Of a stretch of 64,000 nucleotides of DNA, positions 9,109 through 20,008 are shown in pieces (the first letter of the stretch is position 1; every line of letters begins with the position of its first letter). Source of the stretch: Thalassoroseus pseudoceratinae (GTDB taxonomy: Bacteria; Planctomycetota; Planctomycetia; Planctomycetales; Planctomycetaceae); NCBI RefSeq assembly GCF_011634775.1, contig NZ_JAALXT010000001.1, positions 1,071,125-1,135,124 on the forward strand. The letters run 5' to 3'. The notes below the pieces were generated by a model, which searched no databases, was not told the origin of the DNA, and saw only the letters and a list, made by a program, of their open reading frames with translations. The translations under genes and the position numbers were made by a program.

Positions 9109-9660
9109 CTACGCCGATTGCATTTCGGTCAACATCTCTTTGAGTCGATTACGAGCGGTGTGCAATCGTCGTTTGATCGTTCCAATTGGGCTGTCGAATT
9201 GATCGCTCATCTGCTTCAAGGATTGCCCCTCGAAGTAGAACGCCAACAATGTCTGACGGTCCAAATCCCGCATTCGATCTAGACTATTCCGGACTTCGGA
9301 GGCTCGCTCGGTTTTCATCAAGCCATCCAAAGGCGTTTCCGGTTCGCCGGTGAGGGCACCGAAGGTTTCCGGAGCACATGCGGTTTCGTTCGGTCGACGA
9401 ACGGCCCGGTTGATGCTCATTCGGACAGCGATCCGTCGCAACCAACCCGCGAACCGTTCCGGCTCTCGCAATTGATCGAGTTTTCGCATCGCCTGAATGA
9501 ACACGTCCTGAGTGACTTCCACCGCTTCGGCGTGGTTTCGCAATCGACGAAACACGATCGCGTAGACGGTCGGTTCAAATTGCGTGACCAATTCGCCCAA
9601 GGCTTCCCGTTCACCAACCTGGGCTCGTTGGACCAGCGAGATCATTTGTTCTTCGTCCAT
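9109..9660 (-). CDS. RNA polymerase ECF-type sigma-70 factor
   Basis: Region 2 (TQDVFIQAMRKLDQLREPERFAGWLRRIAVRMSINRAVR) and region 4 (LLAFYFEGQSLKQMSDQFDSPIGTIKRRLHTARNRLKE) motifs. 183 aa. Confidence 0.9.
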   Translation of the reverse strand: MDEEQMISLVQRAQVGEREALGELVTQFEPTVYAIVFRRLRNHAEAVEVTQDVFIQAMRKLDQLREPERFAGWLRRIAVRMSINRAVRRPNETACAPETFGALTGEPETPLDGLMKTERASEVRNSLDRMRDLDRQTLLAFYFEGQSLKQMSDQFDSPIGTIKRRLHTARNRLKEMLTEMQSA

Positions 9661-10589
9661 TGTGTCTGCGTTTCCTCTGGTGACGGTCTGCCGGGGCGGT
9701 ATCTAAAACCCCACGTGGCAGATCCGGATATGTCATGGGCAAAAACGCTGGCTGGTTGTCCGTGCGGGTCCGCAATTCGTGACGGTTCACGAACGCGACC
9801 ATCGTCGGGCCTTGGAACTAGGACGTCGTGAAGATGGAAACACGACGCGACCCAGCACCGTCGGAGACGACGAGCAACGGAGAATGCCCACTCCCAGGCG
9901 ATCATTGACCAGGAGTGGCAGCCAGAAACGGCTTGGATGTGTTGTGCTGGCGGTTACCCGGCGAGGGTGTTTGGCAGTTCACACATCATCATTGCATTCC
10001 CGGGTTGCATGGTCCCGCATTGATAACTCGCTATTGGCTGCTGATAGCAACTCGCCGGCGAACTCGATGCGAAGGAACCGAATGACGAACTCCGTTCAGA
10101 CTGGGTGCCGATACCTGATGTGGTACCACCCCAGCCGCTGGGTTTCGTCTCGCCTGTCGGACAACAACCGACAAACTCGGGATGCAATAGCCGTTTCCCA
10201 CATAACCAGCTGCGTAAGCGAATTTGCCATTGGCGCATAATTCGCGGCAGGACGGCGTTAATGACGGCGGCATCTACCTTCGCTACAACACCGGCGAACC
10301 GATGGTTAACGAGAAGGGCGACGGAATCGAGATTGAGATTCTTCCGCAACATCACACGACCTCCTGCGGGCGGTCTCACCCCCCGCAGCCGAAGGAAACG
10401 AATTGAGGACAATTCCTCATGGGATATCCGCACCTTTGCGGCGGATTCCCGGACAAGAATGAGCTCGTCCGCGACGAGCAGTAATCAAAGTTATACACGA
10501 AAGGCGAACGCAGATGAAACGTCAGCCATCGTCTTGTACTGTCGCAGAGGGCCAATCTTTCAATTTGGTTCGCTCTTTTTCGAAAGTTT

Positions 10590-12143
10590 TTGAAAAAAGT
10601 TTTTCAGCGTCCTATCCCCGGATGGCCCGGAACCCTGACCGAGAATTTGCGACTCGTTTGCCATTCGGTCTCTTGGGCGTTTAGACTGAACGAATCAAAG
10701 CCTTTCCCACACCTGTCTCTACAATCAATTCTCGAGGAGGGTCCCTTGGCATCTCAACACCTACAACGTCGCGACTTCTTGAAAACGTCGGCTGCCGCCG
10801 CCGGTGCCGCGAGTGTGCCGTTTTGGTTCCCAGTGCAGGCCGCGAATGCGTGGAATCAAAATAGCCCGAACGAACGCCCCGTGTTGGGTTGTATCGGGAC
10901 AGGAAGCCGTTGGGGAGCCGTTGGCCCAAATGCGATGCAGTTCGCTGACTGTGTGGCCGTGGCGGATGTCGATTCCGCACACGCCGAAAGTGGTGCGAAA
11001 CGGGTCAAGGATATTCAAGGCAAGAAAGGACGGAAGACGGAGGTCGAAGTCTTCGAGGATTACCAAAAGATTCTCGATAACGACAAAATCGACGTCGTCA
11101 CCATCGTCACGCCTGACCATTGGCATTCGAAAATCGCCATCGAAGCGATGAAAGCCGGGAAAGATGTGTATTGTGAAAAACCGCTGACGCTCACAATCGA
11201 CGAAGGCAAACAAATCCGTCGTGTCTTGGAGGAAACGAATCGCGTGTTCCAAGTCGGCACGCAACAACGCAGCGAAATGGGTCTGCGATTCCTGCAAGCC
11301 GTCGCGATGCTGCGGGACAAGCGAATCGGTGACATCAAAAAAGTCACCTGTGCGATCGGTGGTGTCAGCGACAGTGGACCGATTCCGAAAGCCGATGTTC
11401 CGAAAACGTTGAATTGGGAAAAATGGCTCGGCCAAGCGCCGCTCGTGGATTATCGCTACAAGAAGGGCGGACGATGGGGCAAGACGCGGTGTCACTATGA
11501 GTTCCGTTGGTGGTACGAGTACTCCGGCGGCAAAATGACCGACTGGGGTGCCCATCACGTGGATATCGCCATGTGGGGACTCGGCATGGATGATTCCGGC
11601 CCGACGGAAATCGAACCAGTCGCCGCCAAGCACGCGGTTGATCTCAAAGACGGCATGCCCGTACAAGATGACCGCTACAATGTTGCGTTGTCATTCCATG
11701 TCATCGAGCGATTCGCCGACGGTGTGGAGATGCACATCCGCAATAGTGCGGACGACCTCGGTTTCGGCAACGGAATCATGTTTGAAGGGACCGAAGGCCG
11801 ATTCTTGGTCAATCGCGGCAAGATCGTTGGGGCTCCCGTCGATGAGCTGAAAAAGAACCCGCTGCCCGAGGGGTTGATGAAAGAGGTTTACAAGGGCCGT
11901 GAACCCGGCGGCAACAACGCCCATATGAAGAACTTCTTCGAATGCACCCGCGTCCGTGAACAGCCCATCAGTGATGTCCATTCCCACCACCGTGCGATGA
12001 CGGCGTGCCATTTGGCCAACATCGCCATCCGACTCGGTCGCCCGATCAAATGGGATCCGGAATCCGAAATGATCGTCGGCGACGAGCAAGCTCAGAGCAT
12101 GCAGGCTCGTGAGCAACGCAAGGGATACGAGATCGAAGCTTGA
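10590..12143 (+). CDS. Gfo/Idh/MocA-family NAD(P)-dependent oxidoreductase with TAT signal (probable true start TTG ~10746)
   Basis: Twin-arginine motif [18 protein letters not shown], Rossmann [10 protein letters not shown], and Gfo/Idh/MocA-like core ([12 protein letters not shown]). The ORF-track N-terminus gives an implausible 58-aa pre-RR extension. An in-frame TTG at 10746 gives a normal TAT leader. Confidence 0.85.
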   Translation: MKKVFQRPIPGWPGTLTENLRLVCHSVSWAFRLNESKPFPHLSLQSILEEGPLASQHLQRRDFLKTSAAAAGAASVPFWFPVQAANAWNQNSPNERPVLGCIGTGSRWGAVGPNAMQFADCVAVADVDSAHAESGAKRVKDIQGKKGRKTEVEVFEDYQKILDNDKIDVVTIVTPDHWHSKIAIEAMKAGKDVYCEKPLTLTIDEGKQIRRVLEETNRVFQVGTQQRSEMGLRFLQAVAMLRDKRIGDIKKVTCAIGGVSDSGPIPKADVPKTLNWEKWLGQAPLVDYRYKKGGRWGKTRCHYEFRWWYEYSGGKMTDWGAHHVDIAMWGLGMDDSGPTEIEPVAAKHAVDLKDGMPVQDDRYNVALSFHVIERFADGVEMHIRNSADDLGFGNGIMFEGTEGRFLVNRGKIVGAPVDELKKNPLPEGLMKEVYKGREPGGNNAHMKNFFECTRVREQPISDVHSHHRAMTACHLANIAIRLGRPIKWDPESEMIVGDEQAQSMQAREQRKGYEIEA

Positions 12144-12267
12144 ATCTAGTGGGTAGATCGTTCCGGTCTGCTCAACGTTTCAGCAGTTGGACCGAAAGAG
12201 TTGCCCTTGCGCTCGCGGGTGGCTCTTTCGTGTCTAGCTCACTTTACCGCATGGTGGCCAGGCCAGG

Positions 12268-13917
12268 TTGATGGAAACTTCAACTCCCCACCGACTCACT
12301 TCAGCAGCACGACGATTGTCCCAGATTGTCTGCCTCGGATTACTGGTTCTCGGGGTTTCTCGCCCCTCACACGCCGCTCCACCCCCAAACCTTCCCGCCG
12401 GTTGCATCACACGGTTTCAAGCCGCCGACAGTGTCGGCTTCACGTGCTTGACACTCGATGAGACGAAGAATCCCGTGATCGCATTCTGCGGAACATCGGA
12501 TGGCAAAGTTCAAACCTTCGATTGTTCCAACGGTCAACGGTTGCAAAGTTTTCACCTCGAAAACAACGGCAAACCAGAACCAATCGTCTCGGTCACACTC
12601 ACTTCCACCCATATCGTTGCGACAACGCGGAACAGAGTAGTTCGTTGGTCGCGTCAGGGAGATATTTCGGAAGAACTTGCTCAGGTCGAGTCGCCCAGCG
12701 CAGTTGATCAATCGGGAAAGTTGATCGCGTCGACACGAAACACGACGCCTATTTGGATCACCTCACTCGGTAATTCCAGTAGGGCATGGCGAGTTGATCA
12801 CCAAGTTCAAGCGGACCAACTTCAATTTAGTCCCGATTCTCGGTGGTTGTTCAGCACACGATTCGGACGGTTGTACTGCTGGGACGTTGCCACCGGCGAA
12901 TTGACCTGGAAACGCCGAATGGCCAGTCGGATAACCGGGCTGCAATTGTCACCATCTTCACGGGAAATTGTCGCAGCGACCGAGTACGGAACCGGTTATC
13001 GGTTGATGATCACCAACGGAGAAACCAAATCGCAATTCGGAGAACAACAACAATTTCCCGATCGCCCCGCAATGGCGTGGTCGCCAGACGAAAGTCTCAT
13101 TGTCATCACGCAACAAGACAACTCGTTGTCCGTCGTTGAGGAATACAGCCATCACGTCGGTTTACGATTGCCAGGACATACCGCCACGGTGTCGTCGATC
13201 CAATTTCTGTCCGATTCGATGACGTTCGTCAGTGTGGACAGTAGCGGACGGGGATTCGTTTGGAATTTGTTTGATCCATCCTTGGTCCAAGTCCGTGACG
13301 AAGGAAGCCAGGACCTCACAAAGACCGACGAAATTGTGATGCTCTGGCAACAACTCAGTGAATCCGATACGCCGCAAAATGTTTGGTCCGCGATCGCAAC
13401 ATTGAAAAGACATCCCGAAACCTTCTACCGAATCATGCGAAACCCGCCGGATGGTCGTGCCACGATTTCCCGATTGATTACGGAACTCGACCACCCAGAG
13501 TATCAAATCCGTGCACACGCCTCTTGGTCGTTACGGCAATTCGGGGTGCTGGCGGAATCGGCGTTGCAGCGGGCGAGTCGGGAAAAACGATCGGTCGAAT
13601 CCCAACGTCGGTTGAACCGTCTGCTGTTGTTGCTCGGCGATTCGCGGTCTTCGGAGACCATCCGGCATCAGAAAGCCGACCGCTTGCGACAGTTACGGTG
13701 CGTTCATCTTCTGAGTTGGATCGGCACGAACCGAGCCGGTCGGGAGTTGGCCGAGACCTGGCAGCGGACCAGAAACGAACACGTCCGCGACGAAATTACC
13801 AAAGTTCTTCGGCAATTTGCTTGGAGACAGTGGACCAAACCGGACGCCTTCACCAAACTGAAACGAACTCTCGCTAGTCAATGGGAGAGGGTGATGAGCA
13901 AATTTTGGAACAGGTGA
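12268..13917 (+). CDS. secreted WD40/beta-propeller protein with C-terminal HEAT-like repeats
   Basis: Signal peptide (LGLLVLGVSRPSHAAPP), repeated beta-strand/WD-like segments in the first ~330 aa, and C-terminal HEAT/PBS-like helices (PEYQIRAHASWSLRQFG). Confidence 0.55.
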   Translation: MMETSTPHRLTSAARRLSQIVCLGLLVLGVSRPSHAAPPPNLPAGCITRFQAADSVGFTCLTLDETKNPVIAFCGTSDGKVQTFDCSNGQRLQSFHLENNGKPEPIVSVTLTSTHIVATTRNRVVRWSRQGDISEELAQVESPSAVDQSGKLIASTRNTTPIWITSLGNSSRAWRVDHQVQADQLQFSPDSRWLFSTRFGRLYCWDVATGELTWKRRMASRITGLQLSPSSREIVAATEYGTGYRLMITNGETKSQFGEQQQFPDRPAMAWSPDESLIVITQQDNSLSVVEEYSHHVGLRLPGHTATVSSIQFLSDSMTFVSVDSSGRGFVWNLFDPSLVQVRDEGSQDLTKTDEIVMLWQQLSESDTPQNVWSAIATLKRHPETFYRIMRNPPDGRATISRLITELDHPEYQIRAHASWSLRQFGVLAESALQRASREKRSVESQRRLNRLLLLLGDSRSSETIRHQKADRLRQLRCVHLLSWIGTNRAGRELAETWQRTRNEHVRDEITKVLRQFAWRQWTKPDAFTKLKRTLASQWERVMSKFWNR

Positions 13918-13924
13918 AACGACG

Positions 13925-16387
13925 ATGCTCAAATCAGGAATGGCTGGTTGGTCCGCTCAGCGACTGCTGACCGTTCTCCAGTACAGCGTTTACGGCCACG
14001 TCGCATTCTCTGCGGTGATGTTGCTTGTCGCGGAGGGCACGAAAACTTCGCTCCCGCCCCAAACCCTGACCGTGCCGATCGCGTTGGCTGCGTTTTTCCT
14101 CGTGGAACGCTGGGAACGGTTCGACCTTCCCACTTGGATCGGCAACGCCGGTGGCACGATCGCCGTGCTGGTTTCGACCTGGGCATTGGTCACCGGTGAC
14201 AACGAAGCACGTCTCCTATCTCTGGCTCACTTTCTGGTCTATCTGACGTGGATTGTGCTGCTTCAGCGGAAAACTCAACGTCATTTCTGGTCGCTCTGCG
14301 CCCTGAGTGTCGGCCAAGCCGCGGTGGGTGCCGTCCTGACGGAAGCTCCAATCTACGGTGTGATGCTGGTCTGTTTCATGTTCGCGTCCGTGTGGACACT
14401 CACAGTGTTCTCGCTCTACACGAGCCACCAGGAATTCGACTTTGCCGACCGAGTCTCTACGGTTCCCACGGAAAAAGCCAAACCCCTCAACTCCACACCG
14501 ACCGCTGAACTCCTGCATGAATTGCACCGTCCAAGCACCGTGACTGGATCGGTTCAGCGAGACCCGTCTCGGAACTGGATCACAACGCGATTCACGCTTG
14601 GGAACTTGGGGATGGGAGCCGCTTCGCTGATGATGGCGTTCGTATTGTTTCTCATCGTGCCCCGCAACCAGGAGATTTGGGGATCGGGAAAGAAAGTCAA
14701 CTCCAACGACCAACTAACAACCGGTTTCGCCCGGGAAATTCAACTGGGTGACCTTGGTGACATTCTCGAGAGCAACAAGAGAGTGATGGAAATCCGACTG
14801 TTCGAAAACGGGACCGATCGGGAACTCGACATCGAACGGTACGCTCAAACCATCGGATACGACGAACCCTATTTTCGCGGCTCGGTGCTCGACGAATACC
14901 AACGAGGACGCTGGAAGAACCGAACCCGTGGACGATCGTTTCAGCCAAGCGTTTTGCGGAATCCTCTATTGCCCGAACCGGGGTCCATCCGCCAGGAAAT
15001 TTTGTTGGAACCGGTCGATAAAGAAATCCTATTCGGTATCGCCCCGATCATTGGTGGCAAACTCGACAACATGGATGATTCCATTTCACGAGACGATCGC
15101 ACCATGATGCTCCGTCTGCCGGAGTCGCAGCGGAATCCGAAATCCCAAATTCAGTACACACTTCTCTCTCCACGACCGGTTCCTTCCAAAGAGCCACGGT
15201 TGCACGGCAACGAGTTTTCCGAGCGACGCCACGAACAAACGTCGAAGTTGAATAAGTGGTATGTGCAGGTGCCGACAGAGCTGACGCGTCTTCAAGAATT
15301 GGCACGCGAAAAAAGTGGGTATCAGCCCGACAACGGGAATCAGACTTCCAATAACGATACCAACGGACAAAACGAACCAGCCGCCGAGAATCCCAGCCCC
15401 CGCGAGCGAGCCGATCGAATCTTGCACTACCTGCGTGACTCGGGGGAATTCGGCTACACGCTCAATGCACGGATCAGCGATCCACGTGACGACCCCATCG
15501 AAGACTTCCTCTTCGCTCGGAAAGTCGGTCACTGCGAGTATTTCGGTTCCGCATTGGCGTTGATGCTGAGAGCCGTTCACATTCCGGCTCGCTTGGTGAG
15601 TGGTTTCAAGGGTGTCGAAGTGGACGAGTATTCCGGCCATGCTCTTGTGCAAGAGCGTCATGCCCACGTGTGGGTGGAGGCGTTCATCGACGGTGAATGG
15701 CGACTTTACGATCCGACCCCCTCCAACCTGCGGTCGGCAAGTGTCAACGAGATCGGCGGCGAGACATCCGGTTGGTCACGCTTCCAGGCTGGGATGAAGA
15801 ACTTTTGGTCTCGGTACATTGTGAACTTGAACGAAATTCAACAACGCAGTCTGCTATCACCAGTCAAAGAAACGGCCTTGTGGCTGGGCATTCAAATCCG
15901 CAGTCTTTGGACCAATGCCGGAAACCATCTTCGGCGAATTCGCGATATTGTCATGTCTCCTCGCCGATGGTTCAGCTGGGAAGGCGGAGCAATTTCGTTT
16001 TTCCTTTTGCTGGGATTGGTCGGGGTTGTCGCGTTAGGACGTTGGATCGGGCGGACGCTGCTCAAGCAGTTTCGAGATCGCCGATTGGCTTCACGTCACG
16101 CGGAACGACAAATCGCGTTCTACGAACGTTTTCGGCGTCTGAGTGCGAAAGCCGGTTTCAAACGCCACCCCAGCCAAACACAACGCGAATTCGCTCGGTT
16201 CGTGCAAAGTCGATATGAGTCTGTCGATTGGAAGTCAATTCCGGGACCGCTGTTCGATCCCGTGGCTGATGCGTTTTACCGGGTCCGTTTCGGTCATGAA
16301 GAACTCAACATCGACGAACTGAACAACCTGGAACGATTCTTGGATCAATGGGAGACGCAAATCGCGGCCGGTAAACCGACTTCGTGA
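13925..16387 (+). CDS. TgpA-like transglutaminase-family membrane protein (DUF3488-TGase core-DUF4129 architecture)
   Basis: Six N-terminal TM helices, and a Cys-His-Asp transglutaminase-like core (GHCEYFGSALALMLRAVHIPARLVSGF ... HAHVWVEAFIDGEWRLYDPTP). A C-terminal TM plus soluble tail follows. It starts 7 nt after the upstream gene. Confidence 0.8.
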   Translation: MLKSGMAGWSAQRLLTVLQYSVYGHVAFSAVMLLVAEGTKTSLPPQTLTVPIALAAFFLVERWERFDLPTWIGNAGGTIAVLVSTWALVTGDNEARLLSLAHFLVYLTWIVLLQRKTQRHFWSLCALSVGQAAVGAVLTEAPIYGVMLVCFMFASVWTLTVFSLYTSHQEFDFADRVSTVPTEKAKPLNSTPTAELLHELHRPSTVTGSVQRDPSRNWITTRFTLGNLGMGAASLMMAFVLFLIVPRNQEIWGSGKKVNSNDQLTTGFAREIQLGDLGDILESNKRVMEIRLFENGTDRELDIERYAQTIGYDEPYFRGSVLDEYQRGRWKNRTRGRSFQPSVLRNPLLPEPGSIRQEILLEPVDKEILFGIAPIIGGKLDNMDDSISRDDRTMMLRLPESQRNPKSQIQYTLLSPRPVPSKEPRLHGNEFSERRHEQTSKLNKWYVQVPTELTRLQELAREKSGYQPDNGNQTSNNDTNGQNEPAAENPSPRERADRILHYLRDSGEFGYTLNARISDPRDDPIEDFLFARKVGHCEYFGSALALMLRAVHIPARLVSGFKGVEVDEYSGHALVQERHAHVWVEAFIDGEWRLYDPTPSNLRSASVNEIGGETSGWSRFQAGMKNFWSRYIVNLNEIQQRSLLSPVKETALWLGIQIRSLWTNAGNHLRRIRDIVMSPRRWFSWEGGAISFFLLLGLVGVVALGRWIGRTLLKQFRDRRLASRHAERQIAFYERFRRLSAKAGFKRHPSQTQREFARFVQSRYESVDWKSIPGPLFDPVADAFYRVRFGHEELNIDELNNLERFLDQWETQIAAGKPTS

Positions 16388-18646
16388 ATGCCCGCCCGTA
16401 ATGGGAAAGATTGTGCCAAGCCACGCTACACATTCACGGAGGACTTCGACAGAATGGCAACGCATCGGCGTTCGCTGTTTTTTCTGAGAGACAATAAGGA
16501 TTGGTTCATGAAGTGGTTTTTGTCCTTGATTCTGAGTGTTATCGCGATGGCCTCGAGTGCGACGAGTGCCCATGCCGAATTCCAAGCCGGTGCCGCGATT
16601 GTCAACGTTGTGCCGGACCTGTTCCCTGTTCTTGTCAACGGTGGCATGACCAGTCGGAGCACGGAAACGGTCGTGAAGGCGGTTAACGCTCGGGCCCTTG
16701 TTCTCAAGAATGATTCGAGACAATTGGCCATTGTCGTGGTCGACAGTTGCATGATGCCCCAATCGCTTCTCGACGATGCCAAAGCCTTGGCGACCGTCAA
16801 GACGGGCATTGCCGCGGATCACGTTCTGATCTCAGCCACGCATACGCATACGGCCCCCTCAAGCATGGGAGCCCTGGGAACCCCCGCTGATTCCAACTAC
16901 GTGCCGTTCCTTCGCCAGAAACTTGTCGAGGCCATTGCCGCCGCTCAGGCAAATCTCGAACCGGCTCAAGTCGGATGGGGCAGTTGCGATGCCAACGAAT
17001 TCACGGCCCTTCGGCGATGGATTCGTCGTTCCGATCGTGTCGATGCGGACCCGTTCGGCAACCCCACCGTTCAAGCGAACATGCACGCCGGTCGCAATCC
17101 CGACGTTGTCACTGGCGAATCCGGCCCGGAAGATCCCGAACTCGCAATGATTTCGTTCCAATCACTAGACGGTCGACCGATTGCCGTGCTGGGGAATTTT
17201 TCGATGCACTATTTCAGTGGCGTTCCCGCGTTGCATCCGGATTACTTTGGACTGTTCTGCGACGGATTGAAAGAGCGAATCGCAAGCACCGATTCCGACG
17301 AGCACCCGCCGTTCGTTGGGCTGATGTCTCATGGATGCAGTGGTGATATTTGGCGCCGCGACTATCGAAATCCCTCAAAGTACGAGCAGGTCCCAATCGA
17401 AGAATACACGTCGGCTCTGCTCGATCGAGCCGTCGCCGCATACGAAGAAATCGAATATCACTCCCCCGAAAAACTCGCGATGGCGGAAACCCGTATTCCG
17501 GTCAAATATCGTGTGCCGAACGAGCAACTTCTGGAGTGGTCACAGAAAATCGTCGACGGAATCGGGGATCGACTCCCCAAAACCCAAGACGAAATTTATG
17601 CCCGCGAACAACTCTTTCTCCACGAGATGCAGGAAACAAAAATCGTGGTGCAGGCGCTCCGAATTGGGAAAATCGCCATTGTGACGACTCCCACGGAAAC
17701 ATATGCCTTGACTGGGTTGAAGTTCAAATTGCAGTCGCCGTTCGAGTCCACCATGGTCATTGAATTGGCGAATGGTGGGGACGGCTACATCCCGCCGCCA
17801 GAACAACACGTGCTCGGTGGCTACAACACCTGGGCGGCACGTTCGGCGGGCTTGGAAGTAACCGCGGAGCCCAAGGTCGTTGCTGCCGGATTACAACTGC
17901 TCGAGCAAGTTACCGGCGAACCGAGAAAACCTTATGCACCAACCATCGGCACGGCGAGCAAGGCGATCTCAGATATGAAGCCGCTTGCGTACTGGCATCT
18001 TGCGGATATGTCCGGACCGGTCGCCGTCGATGCGACTCAGAATCACCACGATGGGTTCTACGAACCGCGTGTGGCCTTCTTCCTCGATGGCCCTACCGAG
18101 CCAGAATTCACCAAAGGTGACGATCTCAATCGCGCCGCTCATTTCGCTGGCGGGCGGCTTCGTACACGGTTACCGGAGTTGCAAGGTGACTGGTCAATTT
18201 CACTCTGGATTTGGAACGGAATGCCCACCGACGCCCGAGCCATGACCGGATGGATTCTCTCCCGCGGACATGAGTTCCTGGCGGATTCTCCCGGAATTCA
18301 TCTCGGTCTTGGTGGTCAGGACAACAACCCCGGCCGGTTGATTCTTCACTCCGGAGATACCGACCGCACTGAGATTGCGACCGGCAAACAAGAAATCGAA
18401 CGCTGGACGTGGAATCATGTCGTCCTCGTTTGCAAGGATGGAAAGATTCGCGTCTTTCTCAACAACGCAGACGAGCCGGAGATCACCACGGAATCATCAA
18501 CGAAACTCGGCACCGGGTTTGAAACAATCTTCTTCGCTGGTCACGCAGCCAATGAGGACAATTGGGAAGGCCGACTCGACGAAATCGCCGTATTCGATCG
18601 AGCGTTGTCCGATGCGGAAATCAAGACGTTGATGCAGTCGAAGTAG
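16388..18646 (+). CDS. secreted neutral-ceramidase-like N-terminal domain protein with C-terminal LamG/concanavalin-like domain (likely start ATG 16508)
   Basis: Signal peptide MKWFLSLILSVIAMASSATSAHA begins at 16508. A ceramidase-like HTHTAP motif sits in an alpha/beta N-domain. The C-terminus (WSISLWIWNG...LDEIAVFDRALSDAEIKTLM) is LamG-like. The ORF-track start abuts the upstream stop. Confidence 0.55.
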   Translation: MPARNGKDCAKPRYTFTEDFDRMATHRRSLFFLRDNKDWFMKWFLSLILSVIAMASSATSAHAEFQAGAAIVNVVPDLFPVLVNGGMTSRSTETVVKAVNARALVLKNDSRQLAIVVVDSCMMPQSLLDDAKALATVKTGIAADHVLISATHTHTAPSSMGALGTPADSNYVPFLRQKLVEAIAAAQANLEPAQVGWGSCDANEFTALRRWIRRSDRVDADPFGNPTVQANMHAGRNPDVVTGESGPEDPELAMISFQSLDGRPIAVLGNFSMHYFSGVPALHPDYFGLFCDGLKERIASTDSDEHPPFVGLMSHGCSGDIWRRDYRNPSKYEQVPIEEYTSALLDRAVAAYEEIEYHSPEKLAMAETRIPVKYRVPNEQLLEWSQKIVDGIGDRLPKTQDEIYAREQLFLHEMQETKIVVQALRIGKIAIVTTPTETYALTGLKFKLQSPFESTMVIELANGGDGYIPPPEQHVLGGYNTWAARSAGLEVTAEPKVVAAGLQLLEQVTGEPRKPYAPTIGTASKAISDMKPLAYWHLADMSGPVAVDATQNHHDGFYEPRVAFFLDGPTEPEFTKGDDLNRAAHFAGGRLRTRLPELQGDWSISLWIWNGMPTDARAMTGWILSRGHEFLADSPGIHLGLGGQDNNPGRLILHSGDTDRTEIATGKQEIERWTWNHVVLVCKDGKIRVFLNNADEPEITTESSTKLGTGFETIFFAGHAANEDNWEGRLDEIAVFDRALSDAEIKTLMQSK

Positions 18647-19934
18647 TCTCGGCGGGATCAATACGCTGGGCGATCACGATTTTCGTTCGCCCAGCGATCT
18701 TGGCGTAAATGAGACTCGCCATCGGACCGTCACCAAGCGGAAGTTTTCGGCGAACCGCGTCCGCTTGGACGGGAACATGTCGGCACTTGATTTCGACTTG
18801 GCCGTAGTTCGCCTCTCGCACGAACTTTCGCAAGGTGCGATCATTGTTCGGCAATTCCGCCACGACCCGATACGTCCGCAAAAACGGCGAGGAAACCTGG
18901 CGATCTGCGGTGAGGTATTCGTCGGCATCGTCCAGTCGAGAGATTTCGAGTTGCTCGGCCAACAACGAAACCAAACCGGCCCGAACAACGGCTGGATCTG
19001 GGTCAAACAAGTATTCACCTAGGGAGTTCAACTCCGCCCAAGCATCGAGCGGGTCACCACAGATTGACTCACCGGAGGGCAGGGCCGTTGCCCGCCACAA
19101 ACTCGGTTCGCCGAGTTCGCCAAACCACACCGTCGCTTCTTTGCATTCGCCATGAAGACTGATGAGTTCGATCTCCGCAGTTGGAAACTTGCCGACAAAG
19201 TTCGACGCCGGACTCAGTTTCACTGCTCCACCGCGACCATGATGGATGAGATCAATCAATGCATCCAGGTCCGGTTGGCCGTCTTCGATTCGCAAAGACC
19301 GCTTTCGACCAACACGCCGATCCGGATCGACGTGAATCCAATCCCCCGAGGCAACCGCATCTTCCCAAATCTCGTTCACATCGGCGGTTCGCGTGGTGAT
19401 CCGATCCGCAACGCCGTAAACGTCCGCGTTCCACTCAGTTCGTAAACACGCCGCCGGATTCAAGTCGACTGCATTCACATCGTTTCGTTCGGCCAACGCG
19501 ATGGAGTCACCACCAATCCCACAACACAGGTCCCAAACGGGTCCATCGAAACGTTGGGCTTTGTGACGGGCGACTTCTTCCGGGGTGGCTTGCTCCAGTC
19601 CAACGCGATCAAACCACATCCGGTCAGCTCGCGAAAACTTGCGGCTGCCGCGTTCGCGGAGTTCCGATAGGCTCAAGGCTGCCCGCACGACTTCGTCATC
19701 GTACTGACTTCGCAGTTGCTTTTGTCGTTGCAATTCGTTGCCGGTTGCGTTGGCAAGATCGGTGAAGATCGCAGGTGTGTTCCGCAGGCGACGCATCACC
19801 TCCAAGTTGGCATCATCCGACATTCCCACACGTTCCTCTTCGTTCCTACTCAACCGACCACGCGGGCTTGATGAGATCGACCATCGATCTTGATTTTCCA
19901 CGGTAGAAGGTTTCACTCGAATTGCAATGCCCAT
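18621..19934 (-). CDS. class I SAM-dependent methyltransferase with C-terminal THUMP-like extension (likely start ATG 19823)
   Basis: Motif I VWDLCCGIGGDSIALA, post-I acidic residue, and a DPD-like motif IHVDPDRR. Met38 (MSDDANL) is the probable start. Confidence 0.65.
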   Translation of the reverse strand: MGIAIRVKPSTVENQDRWSISSSPRGRLSRNEEERVGMSDDANLEVMRRLRNTPAIFTDLANATGNELQRQKQLRSQYDDEVVRAALSLSELRERGSRKFSRADRMWFDRVGLEQATPEEVARHKAQRFDGPVWDLCCGIGGDSIALAERNDVNAVDLNPAACLRTEWNADVYGVADRITTRTADVNEIWEDAVASGDWIHVDPDRRVGRKRSLRIEDGQPDLDALIDLIHHGRGGAVKLSPASNFVGKFPTAEIELISLHGECKEATVWFGELGEPSLWRATALPSGESICGDPLDAWAELNSLGEYLFDPDPAVVRAGLVSLLAEQLEISRLDDADEYLTADRQVSSPFLRTYRVVAELPNNDRTLRKFVREANYGQVEIKCRHVPVQADAVRRKLPLGDGPMASLIYAKIAGRTKIVIAQRIDPAETTSTASTS

Positions 19935-20008
19935 TGGCAGGGAATAGAGTGCTGGAACGACGCGATTCGCGTCAATCGAACGTTTGAACGAATTTTGTGA
20001 GTACGTGA

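Noticed and set aside
9779-10433. 153-aa plus and 159-aa minus ORFs in the large sigma/oxidoreductase spacer
   Set aside because: Arg/Ser-rich, low-complexity translations with no start context or motifs, and they overlap one another. They are more likely non-coding.
10761-11666. 301-aa minus-strand ORF inside the Gfo/Idh/MocA oxidoreductase gene
   Set aside because: It is antisense to a gene with clear Rossmann and family motifs and has no features of its own.
19935-20008. Possible cobalamin or NiCo riboswitch upstream of cbiM
   Set aside because: The leader is only ~74 nt, far too short for a B12 riboswitch, and it lacks the conserved B-box. Only small palindromes are present.
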